A DNA stretch of 51,694 nt. It comes from an uncultured Candidatus Marinamargulisbacteria bacterium (GTDB lineage: Bacteria; Margulisbacteria; Riflemargulisbacteria; GWF2-35-9). Positions 1-10,507 of this stretch are shown here, one piece after another (positions within the stretch are counted from its first letter, which is position 1; every line of letters starts with the position of its first letter). Both the position numbers and the translations under genes were made by a program. The notes below the pieces were generated by a model. The model made no database searches. It had not been told where the DNA came from and worked only from the letters and a program-made list of their open reading frames with translations. The stretch is from NCBI GenBank assembly GCA_903902445.1, contig CAIUUT010000202.1, positions 1-51,694 on the forward strand, read 5' to 3'.

Positions 1-2
1 AT

Positions 3-593
3 AAACAAATTTTTATCCGCTTTACTTCCTGCAATCTATCCTGTAACTACTGCGATGAGTCTTTTGGGCATGGAACCTTTTACGAAAATAAAGATGTGTT
101 GGCTAAGGTTAAGGAGCTAAGCACTTCCTACATTCACTCCATATCACTCACTGGTGGCGAACCGCTTTTGCAAGTCAACGACATTCTCCACTTATTACCT
201 GAGCTAACGCTTCCCTTGTATCTTGAAACCAACGCCACTTTGCCCGACCATTTAAAAGAAATAAAGCCCTTTATAAGCATTTTCTCTCTGGATTACAAGG
301 TTGGGTACGACAAAGAATTTGCTCATTGTTTGGAGATAGTGAAAGATGAAGATACTTTTGTGAAGTTTATCTTACTTCCCAAACAAAGCATGGTAGAGCT
401 AAAACTAGCTGTGGATCTTATCGCAGGTATCAACAAAGACATTCCGTTGGTCATTCAACCTGTGACGCCTAACAAGGAAATAAAGCATCAGCCGCACCCC
501 GAGGAAATCATGGCGGCATATTCTTTAGCCAAGAAAAAATTAAACGATGTGCGTGTCATACCCCAGACCCATAAAATAATGCATTTAAAATGA
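3..593 (+). CDS. queE: 7-carboxy-7-deazaguanine synthase (QueE)-like radical SAM protein, 5' end cut by window edge
   Basis: Frame 3 is open from nt 3. Translation KQIFIRFTSCNLSCNYCDE gives a CxxxCxxC radical-SAM motif upstream of the ORF-track start at 96, followed by LTGGEPLL. ATGA stop/start overlap with the next gene. Confidence 0.75.
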   Translation, partial: KQIFIRFTSCNLSCNYCDESFGHGTFYENKDVLAKVKELSTSYIHSISLTGGEPLLQVNDILHLLPELTLPLYLETNATLPDHLKEIKPFISIFSLDYKVGYDKEFAHCLEIVKDEDTFVKFILLPKQSMVELKLAVDLIAGINKDIPLVIQPVTPNKEIKHQPHPEEIMAAYSLAKKKLNDVRVIPQTHKIMHLK

Positions 594-1270
594 AACTACT
601 CTTTGTTTTAGTACTCTGTATCAATTTAATCTTTGCCTACCAGCCTTCGGGTTTGCTAAATAGTGTGCCCACCAATAAAAAAATTGTTTTTCTCACTTTT
701 GATGATGGCCCACTTCCTGAAGTTACGAATCAATTATTAGATATTCTGGCCAGTGAGAATGTGAAGGCTACTTTTTTTCTGATTGGCAACAACATCATCA
801 AGTATCCCGATTTGGTGGAGAAAATCTATCTAGCAGGGCATGAAATCGGGAATCATTCCTATAATCATATTCGTTTAGACAATCTCTTTGGAGACAATCT
901 GAGATTCGAAATTGAGGAAACCAATAACCTCATTAAGGATATTTTAGGCTTTAAACCTCGTTTTTTTAGGCCTCCGGGTGGACGTTTCAATAACATCGTC
1001 TACGAAGCAGTACGCAATAATAATTTAATTTCGCTGGGCTGGGTAATAAACGCCAGTGATTACTTGGATGATAATCGAAGAGTGATGAGCGAAATAGAAA
1101 TCGACAGCAAACTAAGGCAAATTATGTCAAATTTACATGGCAACTTAAAGCCGGGAGCCGTTATCTTGATGCACAACGGAAATAAGCTTTCGGTTAGGGC
1201 CGTGCAAAGGGTAATCAAGTATGTCCATGACAGTGGCTATCAGTTTAAGAAATTATCAGATTATTTGTAG
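590..1270 (+). CDS. polysaccharide deacetylase (NodB/CE4 family), secreted or membrane anchored
   Basis: N-terminal hydrophobic signal. NodB motifs FLTFDDGP, HEIGNHSYNH and FRPPGG. Confidence 0.85.
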   Translation: MKLLFVLVLCINLIFAYQPSGLLNSVPTNKKIVFLTFDDGPLPEVTNQLLDILASENVKATFFLIGNNIIKYPDLVEKIYLAGHEIGNHSYNHIRLDNLFGDNLRFEIEETNNLIKDILGFKPRFFRPPGGRFNNIVYEAVRNNNLISLGWVINASDYLDDNRRVMSEIEIDSKLRQIMSNLHGNLKPGAVILMHNGNKLSVRAVQRVIKYVHDSGYQFKKLSDYL

Positions 1271-1271
1271 C

Positions 1272-1293
1272 GAAGCACAACTCGCTTCTTTCT
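1272..1293 (+). terminator. weak hairpin (GAAGC-7nt-GCTTC) followed by TTTCT after the deacetylase gene
   Basis: 5-bp stem read directly. Short T-rich tail. Weak. Confidence 0.25.
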
Positions 1294-1380
1294 GTCGCTA
1301 CGTGACATCTCCAGTACATGCCATTATGGATATTTTTTGAGACTTTTCTCCGCTGGCGGAGAAGAGGTGTACCCAATCTC

Positions 1381-3417
1381 CTAAATAACAAATTGTTTGA
1401 AGTCTGCCATCATTTTGAAGAAGTTATCGATTAGCTTTAAAAAGCCCAGACGATTATTTTGTACGGCTTTATTTTCCGCCATAACCATAACTTCATCAAA
1501 GTAACGGCTAATAAGCTGTGCAAAAGAGGATAACTCGGAGCAAAAATTATTATCCCATTGGCAATTTATTCGGGGGGATATTTTTTCAAAAGAGTCAAAA
1601 ACAGAGTGTTCTACCTCCAATTCTAGCAACTTCTCATCAACGAGTGCGTCTTGGGTAAAATTTTTAGTAATATTACTTATTCTGACTGCAGCCTCTACAA
1701 TAACCTTGAAATCGGCGTGTTTTGAAAGGGTGGCAACAAACTGAAGCCGTTTATTTAATAAGGAGATGTCTAAGGTGTTAATGGCTTTAATTTGGTCATG
1801 AGCAAGCAATTTATCTTTTAGGTACCCTTCTACTCTTTGTAAGAAAAAGCCAGTAAGGGAGTTGTGTGTTTCCGAAGATATCTCCACGCTTTCCTCGATA
1901 ATTTTTCGTGCATTTTGCAAGAGGTCACTAATATTAATCGCTAAATTATCATCAGACATGAGTATTTGTACAATGCCGTTAGCCTGTCTGCGCAGGGCAA
2001 AGGGGTCATTGGATCCTGTAGGAATATTGCCAATGCAAAAGTGGGCAACAATGGTGTCTATTTTGTCTGCAATTGAGGCTAAAGAATAGGGCAACTTACT
2101 TGGCAGGCTATCTCCAGCGTAGGTTGGTAAGTAGTGTTGGTATATTCCCTCAGCAATATTTTTCGGGTAACCCCATTTCAGGGCATATTGTTGGCCAACA
2201 TAGCCTTGCAGGTCAGTAAATTCAAAAACCATATTAGTGGCAAGGTCAGCCTTCATTAGTTTTACTATAGAGAGGGTTTCTTCCTGCTCAGTGGGTGAAA
2301 GCTGCAATAACTGAAACAGGCCGTTAATGTTCTTAAGGTTACGTTGAGTTTTTTGCGCCATAGTGCCTAATTTTTGCTGAAAGGTTACGGTGGAGAGTTT
2401 ATGAGTGAAATGCTCGAAGTCATGTTTGGTGTCTTCCTCAAAGTAAAATTTGGCGTCACATAGTCTGGCATTTACAACGCGTTGGTTTCCTTTAATGATA
2501 TTCTCCTTACTTTCAGTGGTAACGTTATCGGCCACTATCAGGAAAGTGTTGGATAGTTTTCCATTTTTAAAAACAGGGAAATATTTCTGATTTTTCTGCA
2601 TGGTGGTTATGAGTATTTTTTCTGGAACTTCCAGGAAACTTTCAGGAAAAGTGCCGTGCACCAAGGTGGGGTATTCAACTAAATGGGTTACTTCTGCTAG
2701 TAGATTTTCAGGGATAGGATTGTCGGGGTTGAGCTCTTTAATTTGTTTAACAATTTGTGCTTTTCTCTTTTCAGTGTCAGCGATAACCAAGGCCTTCAAA
2801 AGGGCCTCTTCATATTCGTCAGGGCTAGAAATGGTGATTTGAGTCCCATTAAGCGAGTTGCTGCCAGATAAAATCAGATGTCCATAAGTCTTGTTGTCTG
2901 CTGTTTGTCCTGCAAAATCAAATTTAATAATAGTCCTTCCTAAAATAGACAAGATCCAGTGCACGGGTCTGATGAATTTTTCTTCCTCGTCTCCCCAATT
3001 CATGGCTACTGGTAAATATACCTTGCGGATGGCTTGCAAAACAAAATCCCCTAGTACCTCTTGGGTGGGTTTTCCTTTTTGGAAGGTAGAGGTGTAAATG
3101 TAGCCATCCTTACAAAAACTCTCAGTGGTCCCATATTTTTTCAAAAAGCCCAGACCTGCTTGAGTTAAAGTTTTATCAGCGTTGTAAGCTATTTTTTCAG
3201 GAGGACCTTTATATTCAGCCGCAATGTCGGTTTGCTGTTGCGCAATGTCTAGAACCGCAACGGTAAGCCTTCTGTATGTTGCGAAGCTTCTGGTTTTACT
3301 AAAGGTAATAGCGTTAGCATTTAATACATTTTCAAGTTGTTTGGTTAAATCGGCAATGAGTCCATCTACAAAGCGTGCTGGTATTTCTTCTGTGCCAATC
3401 TCGAGTAAGTAATCCAT
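1381..3417 (-). CDS. glyS: glycine--tRNA ligase beta subunit
   Basis: 678-aa ORF. N-terminus MDYLLEIGTEEIPARF and an overall GlyS-like sequence including the anticodon-binding C-terminal region. Confidence 0.93.
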   Translation of the reverse strand: MDYLLEIGTEEIPARFVDGLIADLTKQLENVLNANAITFSKTRSFATYRRLTVAVLDIAQQQTDIAAEYKGPPEKIAYNADKTLTQAGLGFLKKYGTTESFCKDGYIYTSTFQKGKPTQEVLGDFVLQAIRKVYLPVAMNWGDEEEKFIRPVHWILSILGRTIIKFDFAGQTADNKTYGHLILSGSNSLNGTQITISSPDEYEEALLKALVIADTEKRKAQIVKQIKELNPDNPIPENLLAEVTHLVEYPTLVHGTFPESFLEVPEKILITTMQKNQKYFPVFKNGKLSNTFLIVADNVTTESKENIIKGNQRVVNARLCDAKFYFEEDTKHDFEHFTHKLSTVTFQQKLGTMAQKTQRNLKNINGLFQLLQLSPTEQEETLSIVKLMKADLATNMVFEFTDLQGYVGQQYALKWGYPKNIAEGIYQHYLPTYAGDSLPSKLPYSLASIADKIDTIVAHFCIGNIPTGSNDPFALRRQANGIVQILMSDDNLAINISDLLQNARKIIEESVEISSETHNSLTGFFLQRVEGYLKDKLLAHDQIKAINTLDISLLNKRLQFVATLSKHADFKVIVEAAVRISNITKNFTQDALVDEKLLELEVEHSVFDSFEKISPRINCQWDNNFCSELSSFAQLISRYFDEVMVMAENKAVQNNRLGFLKLIDNFFKMMADFKQFVI

Positions 3418-3424
3418 GGTTCAA

Positions 3425-3430
3425 ATTATA
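3425..3430 (-). promoter_or_regulatory. -10 box TATAAT, 7 nt upstream of the glyS ATG (leaderless candidate)
   Basis: Minus strand reads cctTATAATttgaaccATG. No SD in the gap. Confidence 0.45.
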
Positions 3431-3568
3431 GGATAAGAAGGGGTACTTAGTAAACCGACAATTTAGTTCTTGTTGCTCTACAAGCGGCAACTTCATCCAG
3501 TCGATATATTGGATAAAGTGTTGTCAAACTATAGAAATTTTAGTCTTTTAAACTTTTCGTCTTTATCA

Positions 3569-3574
3569 TATAAT
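3569..3574 (+). promoter_or_regulatory. -10 box TATAAT, 7 nt upstream of the DUF1015 gene ATG (leaderless candidate)
   Basis: Reads tcaTATAATaaatgctATG. No SD. Confidence 0.45.
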
Positions 3575-3581
3575 AAATGCT

Positions 3582-4844
3582 ATGGCACAGATTAAACCCT
3601 TTAAAGGTATCAGATACAATGAAGAAATTGCTAAGGATTTAGCCAAGGTTGTTACGCAGCCCTATGATAAAATTTCCCCAACACTACAGGAAACCTACTA
3701 CGAGCGCTCACCTTTTAATGTTATCCGTATTGAGAAAAATAAAGCTGAAGTGGAAAGTAGCCCCTACAAAACATCGCATTATTATTTTGAAAAGTGGATA
3801 AAGGAAGAGGTGTTGGTTAAGGCCAATAAAGAGTCCTTTTGTTACTTAGAACAAACGTTCGATTTTTATGGAGAAAAAGTTACCAGAAAAGCTTTAATAG
3901 CGCTTGGTAAACTATATGAGTACTATGAAAATGTTGTTTATCCCCATGAGCAGACGCTGAAGGGGCCTAAGGTTGATCGGCTAGAACTTATCCGTGCAAC
4001 GCAAATTAATCTTGGTCAAATTTTTATGCTCTATGAAGATAAGCAAGGTTTAGTCGATAAATATATCGATGGGCTAGCTACCAAAAAGATTTTCTCCAAG
4101 TTTACCGATGATGATGGCGTAGAACAAGTCATTTACATTATTGAAGATCAGATAGCCATTAAAAGTATCCAAAACTTAATGGCCGATAAAAAATTGTTTA
4201 TTGCTGATGGCCATCACCGTTATGAAACTGCATTGGCCTATTCAAAGGAAAATATTCATGCTGACCATCATCTAATGTCTTTAGTTAATGCCTATGATCA
4301 TGGTTTGCGCATATTACCCACTCATCGCTTAGTAAATTTTAACCTACAGTACGACTATAGTGATAGCCTTACCCAGATTGAGGAACACTTTGAAGTAACC
4401 AAGATTCCTGTTCCTGAAGATCTAGCACAGGTACATCAACTTATTAAAGCGTTACCAACTAATAGCATTTTATATTTAGACGTTAATGATAAAAGTAATT
4501 TTTTACAACTAAGGTTAAAAAACTATAGGTTCCAAGACGCTACGCCTGCTTCCTTGAAAAAGTTAGATGTTTTTATTTTACATGAAGCGGTTTTGGAAAA
4601 TATTTTTGGAATAACCAAAGAGGACCTCGCCAATAATGTTTACATTAACTATAAGCGTGACCCACAAAGTACTGTGAAATCAGTTTTAGATGGGCAAAAC
4701 CCTATGTGCTTTCTGTTAAAACCAACCTTAGTTAAGGAAGTTATAAACGTTGCCCTAGATAAAGAAACGATGCCTCAGAAATCTACAGATTTTTATCCTA
4801 AACTGCTAACTGGATATGTGATAGCAGATGTCAGCGGAAAGTAG
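3582..4844 (+). CDS. DUF1015 family protein
   Basis: 420 aa. Starts MAQIKPFKGIRYN and has an ADGHHRYETALAY motif, both typical of DUF1015. Confidence 0.8.
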   Translation: MAQIKPFKGIRYNEEIAKDLAKVVTQPYDKISPTLQETYYERSPFNVIRIEKNKAEVESSPYKTSHYYFEKWIKEEVLVKANKESFCYLEQTFDFYGEKVTRKALIALGKLYEYYENVVYPHEQTLKGPKVDRLELIRATQINLGQIFMLYEDKQGLVDKYIDGLATKKIFSKFTDDDGVEQVIYIIEDQIAIKSIQNLMADKKLFIADGHHRYETALAYSKENIHADHHLMSLVNAYDHGLRILPTHRLVNFNLQYDYSDSLTQIEEHFEVTKIPVPEDLAQVHQLIKALPTNSILYLDVNDKSNFLQLRLKNYRFQDATPASLKKLDVFILHEAVLENIFGITKEDLANNVYINYKRDPQSTVKSVLDGQNPMCFLLKPTLVKEVINVALDKETMPQKSTDFYPKLLTGYVIADVSGK

Positions 4845-5463
4845 TAGGCGTTTCGACGGAATATCGACCAATAATTATTCTTTTGATTATTTTATTTTTA
4901 TCGCCCAAAAAAGAGAGATTTCGCCCTTATTTAAGACGTTGCAGCCCATAAATAATCATTTTTATTCGGGAGTCATTCATGGCTATAATGTTGGGGTGTA
5001 TGTTACAGGAGTGGGCAAGAATGCCGTGAAACTTAGTGTAAAGAGGTTTAGGCAGCTGAATATCATGGCCACGACCTACCTAAATCTTGGTAATGTGGGC
5101 GCGCTTAAGGACTACTTACCAACTACAATATTTAAAGTGGGACAGGTCTTTGGTGAAAACGGCAAAAAATGTATCGTATTAGATAATAATTCACCCTTTT
5201 CTATGGTTACGGTTAACTCCACGCAACGAAAAGGTCAGCTCAGAAGCCAATACCCCGAAGCTGATTTGGTCGACATGGAATTATATGAGATAGCCAAACT
5301 ATTACAAGGATTGCCCATAGTGTCCTATAAGATTGTTATCGACTCCTATCACCTTAATCCGAATAGCTGGTTATTTAAAATAATTCTTCCTTTACTTATT
5401 TGGGTTAATGCAAAGAAATTAAGTACCTATATCAGTGAGGGTATTAAATTACAGAAAATTTGA
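4828..5463 (+). CDS. purine/uridine phosphorylase-family protein (MTA/SAH nucleosidase- or futalosine hydrolase-like)
   Basis: Motifs resemble Pfs-type nucleosidases: VTGVGKNAV, NLGNVGAL, VDMELYEIAKL. The start is uncertain. The 17-nt overlap with the upstream gene suggests translational coupling. Confidence 0.45.
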   Translation: MSAESSRRFDGISTNNYSFDYFIFIAQKREISPLFKTLQPINNHFYSGVIHGYNVGVYVTGVGKNAVKLSVKRFRQLNIMATTYLNLGNVGALKDYLPTTIFKVGQVFGENGKKCIVLDNNSPFSMVTVNSTQRKGQLRSQYPEADLVDMELYEIAKLLQGLPIVSYKIVIDSYHLNPNSWLFKIILPLLIWVNAKKLSTYISEGIKLQKI

Positions 5464-5615
5464 ACGTGAAAATATTGAAAAATCTATTAAATCATTTTTC
5501 TATAATTTGTTCTATTCCAAAAATTGCTGTGTTATACTAAGTGAGTTAATCGCTAAATTTCCGTTTATTAAGGGATAAATGGCAAGGTTTTTTAGAGTTA
5601 AAGTAAATTGGGGGG

Positions 5616-7289
5616 TTGTTGGTGTCGCAAGATATTGAACAAAAAGAGTCAATTAAAGAAAATGTAACGAAGCAGATTTTTTTCACGGCTACTGTCGCGA
5701 TATTGCTTGCAAACCTTTTGTCTTTAAGTTTAGTTGTAGCATTGAATAAACTTTCTTTTTCCAAAAATTTAGTCCTATATGTTTTTATAATAATACTTTC
5801 TGAAGCGATTATTCTTGTTCCCTTGAGGCTTTTATTAAATAAATATCAGAAAATATTAGATGCATGGGTTCTCATAATTAGTGAAAATATAAATAACATG
5901 CTATGCAATATCCCTGCCAAGCCCATAAATTATAGGGAGTTTAAAGAACTAGATGTTTCTTTTGCTCAAGTTAATGAACATATTGCAAAGCAAAGCAATA
6001 AACTAGCGCAGCTTACCCTGAGCTTAAACGATTTTAGCCAAAAGCTAAATGTTACAACGCGTAGTGCAGAGCGTGGGGTATCTCTTTTAAGTAGAATAAT
6101 TCAGGATGTGGCTCGAGGAACTTCTAATCAGGAAGAAGAAATTCATAATATTACCATGGATATGCAGAAAATGATGGAAATTGTACAAGACATATCCGAT
6201 GGAGCTGGTGACCAAGTGTTTCAGTTACAAAATGCGGTAAATTTAATGATGCAGAATGAAAAAGAGATGTTAGAATTAGCCACTACTTCCGAATATCAGG
6301 CTGGAGAAACCAATAAGGCCAGAACTATAATTCATCAAATTTCCGATGCTATGAGTGATGTGTCGCATGAAGCTAATGAGATCGCCAAGTTTGCCTCTCA
6401 AACGAGTGAAGTAGCCAAAAAAGGGGAGTCAATCCTTTCCGAAACGATATTAAGTATGGTTACCATTCATGAGACGGTTATGGATTCGGCACAAACCATC
6501 AAGAATCTGGGTGAAAGTTCAATGAAAATTAGTAATATAATTGAATTCATTGATGATATTTCCAAGCAAACAAACTTGTTATCTGTTAACGCAGCCATAG
6601 AGGCGGCCAGAGCAGGTGAGCATGGGCGAGGTTTTGCCGTAGTTGCCGATGAAGTACGAAAGCTTGCGGAGAGATCAAACACGGCTACTAAGGAGATTGC
6701 GCATTTAGTTAGCAAAATTCAATTAGATACCAATAAAGCAATAGACTCAATGGATAAGGGAACCTCTCAGGTAAAGAAAGGTTCGGCCTTAGCTACAGAA
6801 GCCAGTCATGCCCTTAAAAATATCATGGAAGTGGTGAAAAATACTGTAGTCCAAATCGAGAGTATCTCTGCCGCTTCGCAACAAGTAACAGCCTCTAGTG
6901 TTGAAGTAGTAGCCTTATCGAACAATATTGCTGAGGTTAATGAGAACAGTAATAAAGCGATTCATGACTTTTCCATAAGTTTTCAGCACTTAGTGCAGGT
7001 CATTAATATGGTGAAAGATGTGTCTTTTCAAAATCAAGCTAGATCCAAAGAAATGGGCGATAATTATTTAGTGGTAAATGAAAAGAGTAATACTATTCTG
7101 GATATAGCCAAACACAACTCTAATTTATCTAAAGAGGCTAATGACTCCAATCAAAAGATGGGCTTTTTTATGGAGAAGTTCAATAAGCATCTTATGGAAT
7201 TATCTGGATACATGCAGATTGTGGATGATAAGAAAGAAAATGTCGGGGACTCTTTAGAGTTAAAGGCCGATGATTTGCTCAGTATTTAA
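5616..7289 (+). CDS. methyl-accepting chemotaxis protein with two closely spaced TM helices and no periplasmic domain
   Basis: Signalling hairpin motif [37 protein letters not shown]. The G6 SD at 5610-5615 favours the GTG at 5622 as the real start. Confidence 0.9.
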   Translation: MLVSQDIEQKESIKENVTKQIFFTATVAILLANLLSLSLVVALNKLSFSKNLVLYVFIIILSEAIILVPLRLLLNKYQKILDAWVLIISENINNMLCNIPAKPINYREFKELDVSFAQVNEHIAKQSNKLAQLTLSLNDFSQKLNVTTRSAERGVSLLSRIIQDVARGTSNQEEEIHNITMDMQKMMEIVQDISDGAGDQVFQLQNAVNLMMQNEKEMLELATTSEYQAGETNKARTIIHQISDAMSDVSHEANEIAKFASQTSEVAKKGESILSETILSMVTIHETVMDSAQTIKNLGESSMKISNIIEFIDDISKQTNLLSVNAAIEAARAGEHGRGFAVVADEVRKLAERSNTATKEIAHLVSKIQLDTNKAIDSMDKGTSQVKKGSALATEASHALKNIMEVVKNTVVQIESISAASQQVTASSVEVVALSNNIAEVNENSNKAIHDFSISFQHLVQVINMVKDVSFQNQARSKEMGDNYLVVNEKSNTILDIAKHNSNLSKEANDSNQKMGFFMEKFNKHLMELSGYMQIVDDKKENVGDSLELKADDLLSI

Positions 7290-8122
7290 TAAATAAATAT
7301 TTCTTCGTATAGTTCAATATTTTTCTTAGTTTTAGCTGTTTTTTTCAAAATGGTAATTAACTCTAGTAGTTCTAAGCAACGGCTTTGTTTTGTGGCTATG
7401 ATAACATTGGCATGGTTTGTACAGACTTGGGAATGTTTATACGCAAAACCTTTCATTCCAAGTTCATCAAGAATTTTACCAGTACTATAGGTTTCACCAT
7501 TTTTAAAAATACTACCTAGGGTATTGCTCATAGGGTAAAGTGCTAATCTTTTAGAGGATACTTCACTTAGTTTATTCTCAATATTTTCGGGTTCCATTTC
7601 TGTTAATGAAAATAGTGCTTTTAATATAACCAGTTTATTTTGCTTAAAATAACTGTCTCGGTATGAGAAGAAGTCTTGTTGGTTGTTAATTTTATGTTTC
7701 ACAATTTCTTTGGTAATTTGGCTATAAGTAGTAACTTCTTTTACATACGTCCCAATTTCCTGTGCATAGGCACCAAAATTCTGATAGATGGCACCACCAA
7801 CGCTGGCAGGGACTGGGAATGTAAATTCTAGTCCACCCAAATTCTTTCTCTTTGCCTGGTTGATAAGTTCAGGTAAGCTCACTCCAGCTTCTGTTTGCAC
7901 CAGTGTGCCACCCAAAAAAGTAATTTTATCCAGCAGTTTAGTTGATACAATGATATCATGTTGGGGTGTAACGAGTAACACATTTGTTCCCTTTCCTAAC
8001 AAAAAGAAGGGTTCGTTGATTTCCGCAGCTTCCAGTATATTTTCTAAAAAGTGAACGTTATAATCTTGCCCCAATGCTTTGAAATTACTTAATTGCTTGG
8101 CATTTAAGGTTTTTACTTGCAT
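7286..8122 (-). CDS. murB: UDP-N-acetylenolpyruvoylglucosamine reductase
   Basis: 278-aa MurB-like ORF. It is the last gene of the mur operon, and its start abuts the murC stop. Confidence 0.88.
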   Translation of the reverse strand: MQVKTLNAKQLSNFKALGQDYNVHFLENILEAAEINEPFFLLGKGTNVLLVTPQHDIIVSTKLLDKITFLGGTLVQTEAGVSLPELINQAKRKNLGGLEFTFPVPASVGGAIYQNFGAYAQEIGTYVKEVTTYSQITKEIVKHKINNQQDFFSYRDSYFKQNKLVILKALFSLTEMEPENIENKLSEVSSKRLALYPMSNTLGSIFKNGETYSTGKILDELGMKGFAYKHSQVCTNHANVIIATKQSRCLELLELITILKKTAKTKKNIELYEEIFIY

Positions 8123-9492
8123 TAATCTTGAGATTTGAGGAGTTGATACAGCTCTTTGGAAACGTGGGTAATATCACCAGCTCCTAGGGTGATTACTAAG
8201 TCATTAGGTTTAAGATAGGGTAAGGCCTTTCCTGCTATATCACCGACATTTTTTACATAGAGAACTTTGTCGGCATTTATTGTGGCGCAGAGTTTCTTTG
8301 AGTCTAGATCTGTTGTATTTACTTCCCCCGCAGAGTAAACGTCGGTAATAATAATAAAATCAGCTATATTTAAAGCTTGCGAAAATTTCTCAAAAAATGC
8401 GCAAAATCGAGAATATCTGTGAGGTTGAAAAATAGCTACAATTCTTTTTCCGTAACTTTTGGCGGCCTCTAGCGTGCATTTTATTTCCGTTGGGTGATGA
8501 GCGTAGTCATCATAAATATCGATGTTATTCACTTTGCCAACTAAATGAAACCTACGACTAGCACCTTCAAAGGTCTGAAACGAGTTTACTACGTTAGCAA
8601 TAGGCTGTCGGTAGTAATAGGCAAAGGCAAAAACAACCAGGCTATTTAGAATGTTGTGTTTCCCCGGTATATTTAGTGCGACACTTTCAGTAATGAGTTC
8701 GTCTTTAGCATAGACATCATAATATACTTTATTGGTTTTGGTTCTAAGGTTAACGGCCCTAATGATATTTCCCTCATTAAAACCATAGGAAATGACATTA
8801 ATTCCACTGACTTCTAATTCTCTAATATTTGGGTCATCCCCACAGGCGATGAGAAGATTATTATTTTTAGGCATTCGTTGGATTAATTTATTAAAGGTTT
8901 GCATAATATCTTCGAGGTTTTTGTATTCGTCCAAATGTTCTTCCTCAATGTTGGTGATTACGATAACGTTGGGATTGAGAAAGAGAAATGATCGGTCGCT
9001 TTCATCGGCTTCAGCAATAAAATATTCGTCTCGCCCGTAGTGTGACGCAGTTTTAAGCTGTTTCAAGGGGGCTCCAATAACATAAGTGGGATCCTTGCCT
9101 TCCATATATAAAAAATGGGAAAGGAAGCTAGTTGTGGTGGTTTTTCCGTGAGTCCCAGCTACAGCGACTTTAATATGGTGCCTATCCATGATAAAAGAGA
9201 GTAACTGGGCTCTTTTTATGATCGTTAGATGAGTGTTTTTTGCAGCCTGATATTCAATGTTAGTATCTTTGATGGCTGAAGATACCACAATTAAGTCGGC
9301 GGTTCGAATGTTGCTTTCGTTGTGTCCATAGAATATTTGGGCGCCCATTTCTTTAAGGCGTAACGTATATACATTTTCCTTAACATCACTACCAGAAACT
9401 GTGTATCCCATGTCAATTAAGATTTTAGCTAAGGGATTCATCCCGCTTCCCCCAATACCGATAAAGTGAATTTGTTTTTTATTTGTTAACAA
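8122..9492 (-). CDS. murC: UDP-N-acetylmuramate--L-alanine ligase
   Basis: IHFIGIGGSGMNPLA N-terminus and the Mur ligase P-loop GTHGKTTTT. Confidence 0.93.
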   Translation of the reverse strand: MLTNKKQIHFIGIGGSGMNPLAKILIDMGYTVSGSDVKENVYTLRLKEMGAQIFYGHNESNIRTADLIVVSSAIKDTNIEYQAAKNTHLTIIKRAQLLSFIMDRHHIKVAVAGTHGKTTTTSFLSHFLYMEGKDPTYVIGAPLKQLKTASHYGRDEYFIAEADESDRSFLFLNPNVIVITNIEEEHLDEYKNLEDIMQTFNKLIQRMPKNNNLLIACGDDPNIRELEVSGINVISYGFNEGNIIRAVNLRTKTNKVYYDVYAKDELITESVALNIPGKHNILNSLVVFAFAYYYRQPIANVVNSFQTFEGASRRFHLVGKVNNIDIYDDYAHHPTEIKCTLEAAKSYGKRIVAIFQPHRYSRFCAFFEKFSQALNIADFIIITDVYSAGEVNTTDLDSKKLCATINADKVLYVKNVGDIAGKALPYLKPNDLVITLGAGDITHVSKELYQLLKSQD

Positions 9493-9493
9493 C

Positions 9494-10507
9494 TTAGATA
9501 TATCCTCTTTGCTTCAGCTCTTGGGATATAATAGCAATGGCTTGAGTTTTGTTCAACACCTCTAATTGTGCGCTATATCTATTGTAGTCGTTAGAAAGTT
9601 TCATTATGGCGGCTCCAATGATCTCTGGATTGGCTTCGGTTTCGTTAAGTAGTAAGCCTGCCTGATTTTCTTGGATATGAAGCGCGTTGTAATATTGATG
9701 GTTCTCGGCGGCAAAAGGGTAGGGGATATATAGGGCGGGAACTTTGTATCCTGTCAGTTCTGCAATACTCATGGCTCCAGCTCTACTTACCGCTAATTTA
9801 ACTTCTGGAAGGATTTTTGGCACATCTTCCAGAAAATCAAACAAGGTAATTTTTATTTTATTAAACAGGTAAGTGTTATCGCTTTGATAATAAGGTTTTA
9901 AGAGGGTTGCTATTTCTGGGTAATTTTTTTTACCTGTTAGCCAAATAATTTCCAGACCAAGCTCCTGAATATAGGATAGCGCATAAAAAACCAATAAGTT
10001 AAGTTGTTGTGCTCCCTGACTTCCGCCTGTAACTATGATCTTATTCCTAATTTTTTTAGTAGTATTGGGCATATAGGGGTTGCCACTATAAATAGTTTTT
10101 GCAGCTTTGAAATATTTGTTGGCGTTAGGAAATCCTGTAAAGATTAGGGTAGCAAATTTAGCCAGAAAAAGATTGGTTTTGCCAGGTATACTGTTCTCTT
10201 CAAGTAGGATTAAGGGGATTTTTAATAATACGGCAGCCAACCCAACGGGTACGGTAACGTATCCGCCAGTGGAAAAAACCGCTCTTGGTTTTTTTGTTTT
10301 TAGAATACGTAACGCTTGCCAGAGTCCTTTGAGTATTAAAAATGGGTTATTCCGAGAAGTGGTGATTTCCAGAAAAGGGTAATCAGCCAGCATTTGTTTT
10401 TCCAGACGATTACCCCCGATAAACAAATAGTCTGAATTAATATTTTTTGCAAGATTGATGGCAGGGCTTATATGTCCGCCGGTTCCTCCACAAGTAAAAA
10501 TAATCAT
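9494..10507 (-). CDS. murG: undecaprenyldiphospho-muramoylpentapeptide beta-N-acetylglucosaminyltransferase
   Basis: GGTGGHISPA motif. GT28 architecture. Operon context. Confidence 0.9.
   Translation of the reverse strand: MIIFTCGGTGGHISPAINLAKNINSDYLFIGGNRLEKQMLADYPFLEITTSRNNPFLILKGLWQALRILKTKKPRAVFSTGGYVTVPVGLAAVLLKIPLILLEENSIPGKTNLFLAKFATLIFTGFPNANKYFKAAKTIYSGNPYMPNTTKKIRNKIIVTGGSQGAQQLNLLVFYALSYIQELGLEIIWLTGKKNYPEIATLLKPYYQSDNTYLFNKIKITLFDFLEDVPKILPEVKLAVSRAGAMSIAELTGYKVPALYIPYPFAAENHQYYNALHIQENQAGLLLNETEANPEIIGAAIMKLSNDYNRYSAQLEVLNKTQAIAIISQELKQRGYI

Noticed and set aside
1346-1363. Hairpin TTCTCCG-ctgg-CGGAGAA downstream of glyS as an intrinsic terminator
   Set aside because: The T-run lies 5' of the stem on the plus strand, so on the glyS (minus) strand the stem is followed by an A-run. 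It fits neither strand as a classical terminator. It may still be a stability element.
1862-3412. Four 62-80-aa plus-strand ORFs inside glyS
   Set aside because: They are antisense shadow ORFs within a well-supported GlyS reading frame, with no independent signals.
5560-5600. Sigma-28 (FliA) promoter TAAA-N15-GCCGATAA upstream of the MCP gene
   Set aside because: There is only a partial match (TAAATTTC ... GGGATAA), with wrong spacing and 5 of 8 identities in the -10 element. An extended -10 (TGTTATACT, about 5531-5541) is an equally good sigma-70-type alternative.
5546-5764. 72-aa minus-strand ORF overlapping the MCP start region
   Set aside because: It overlaps the MCP promoter, SD and N-terminus. 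It has no SD and no recognisable motif, so it is most likely spurious.
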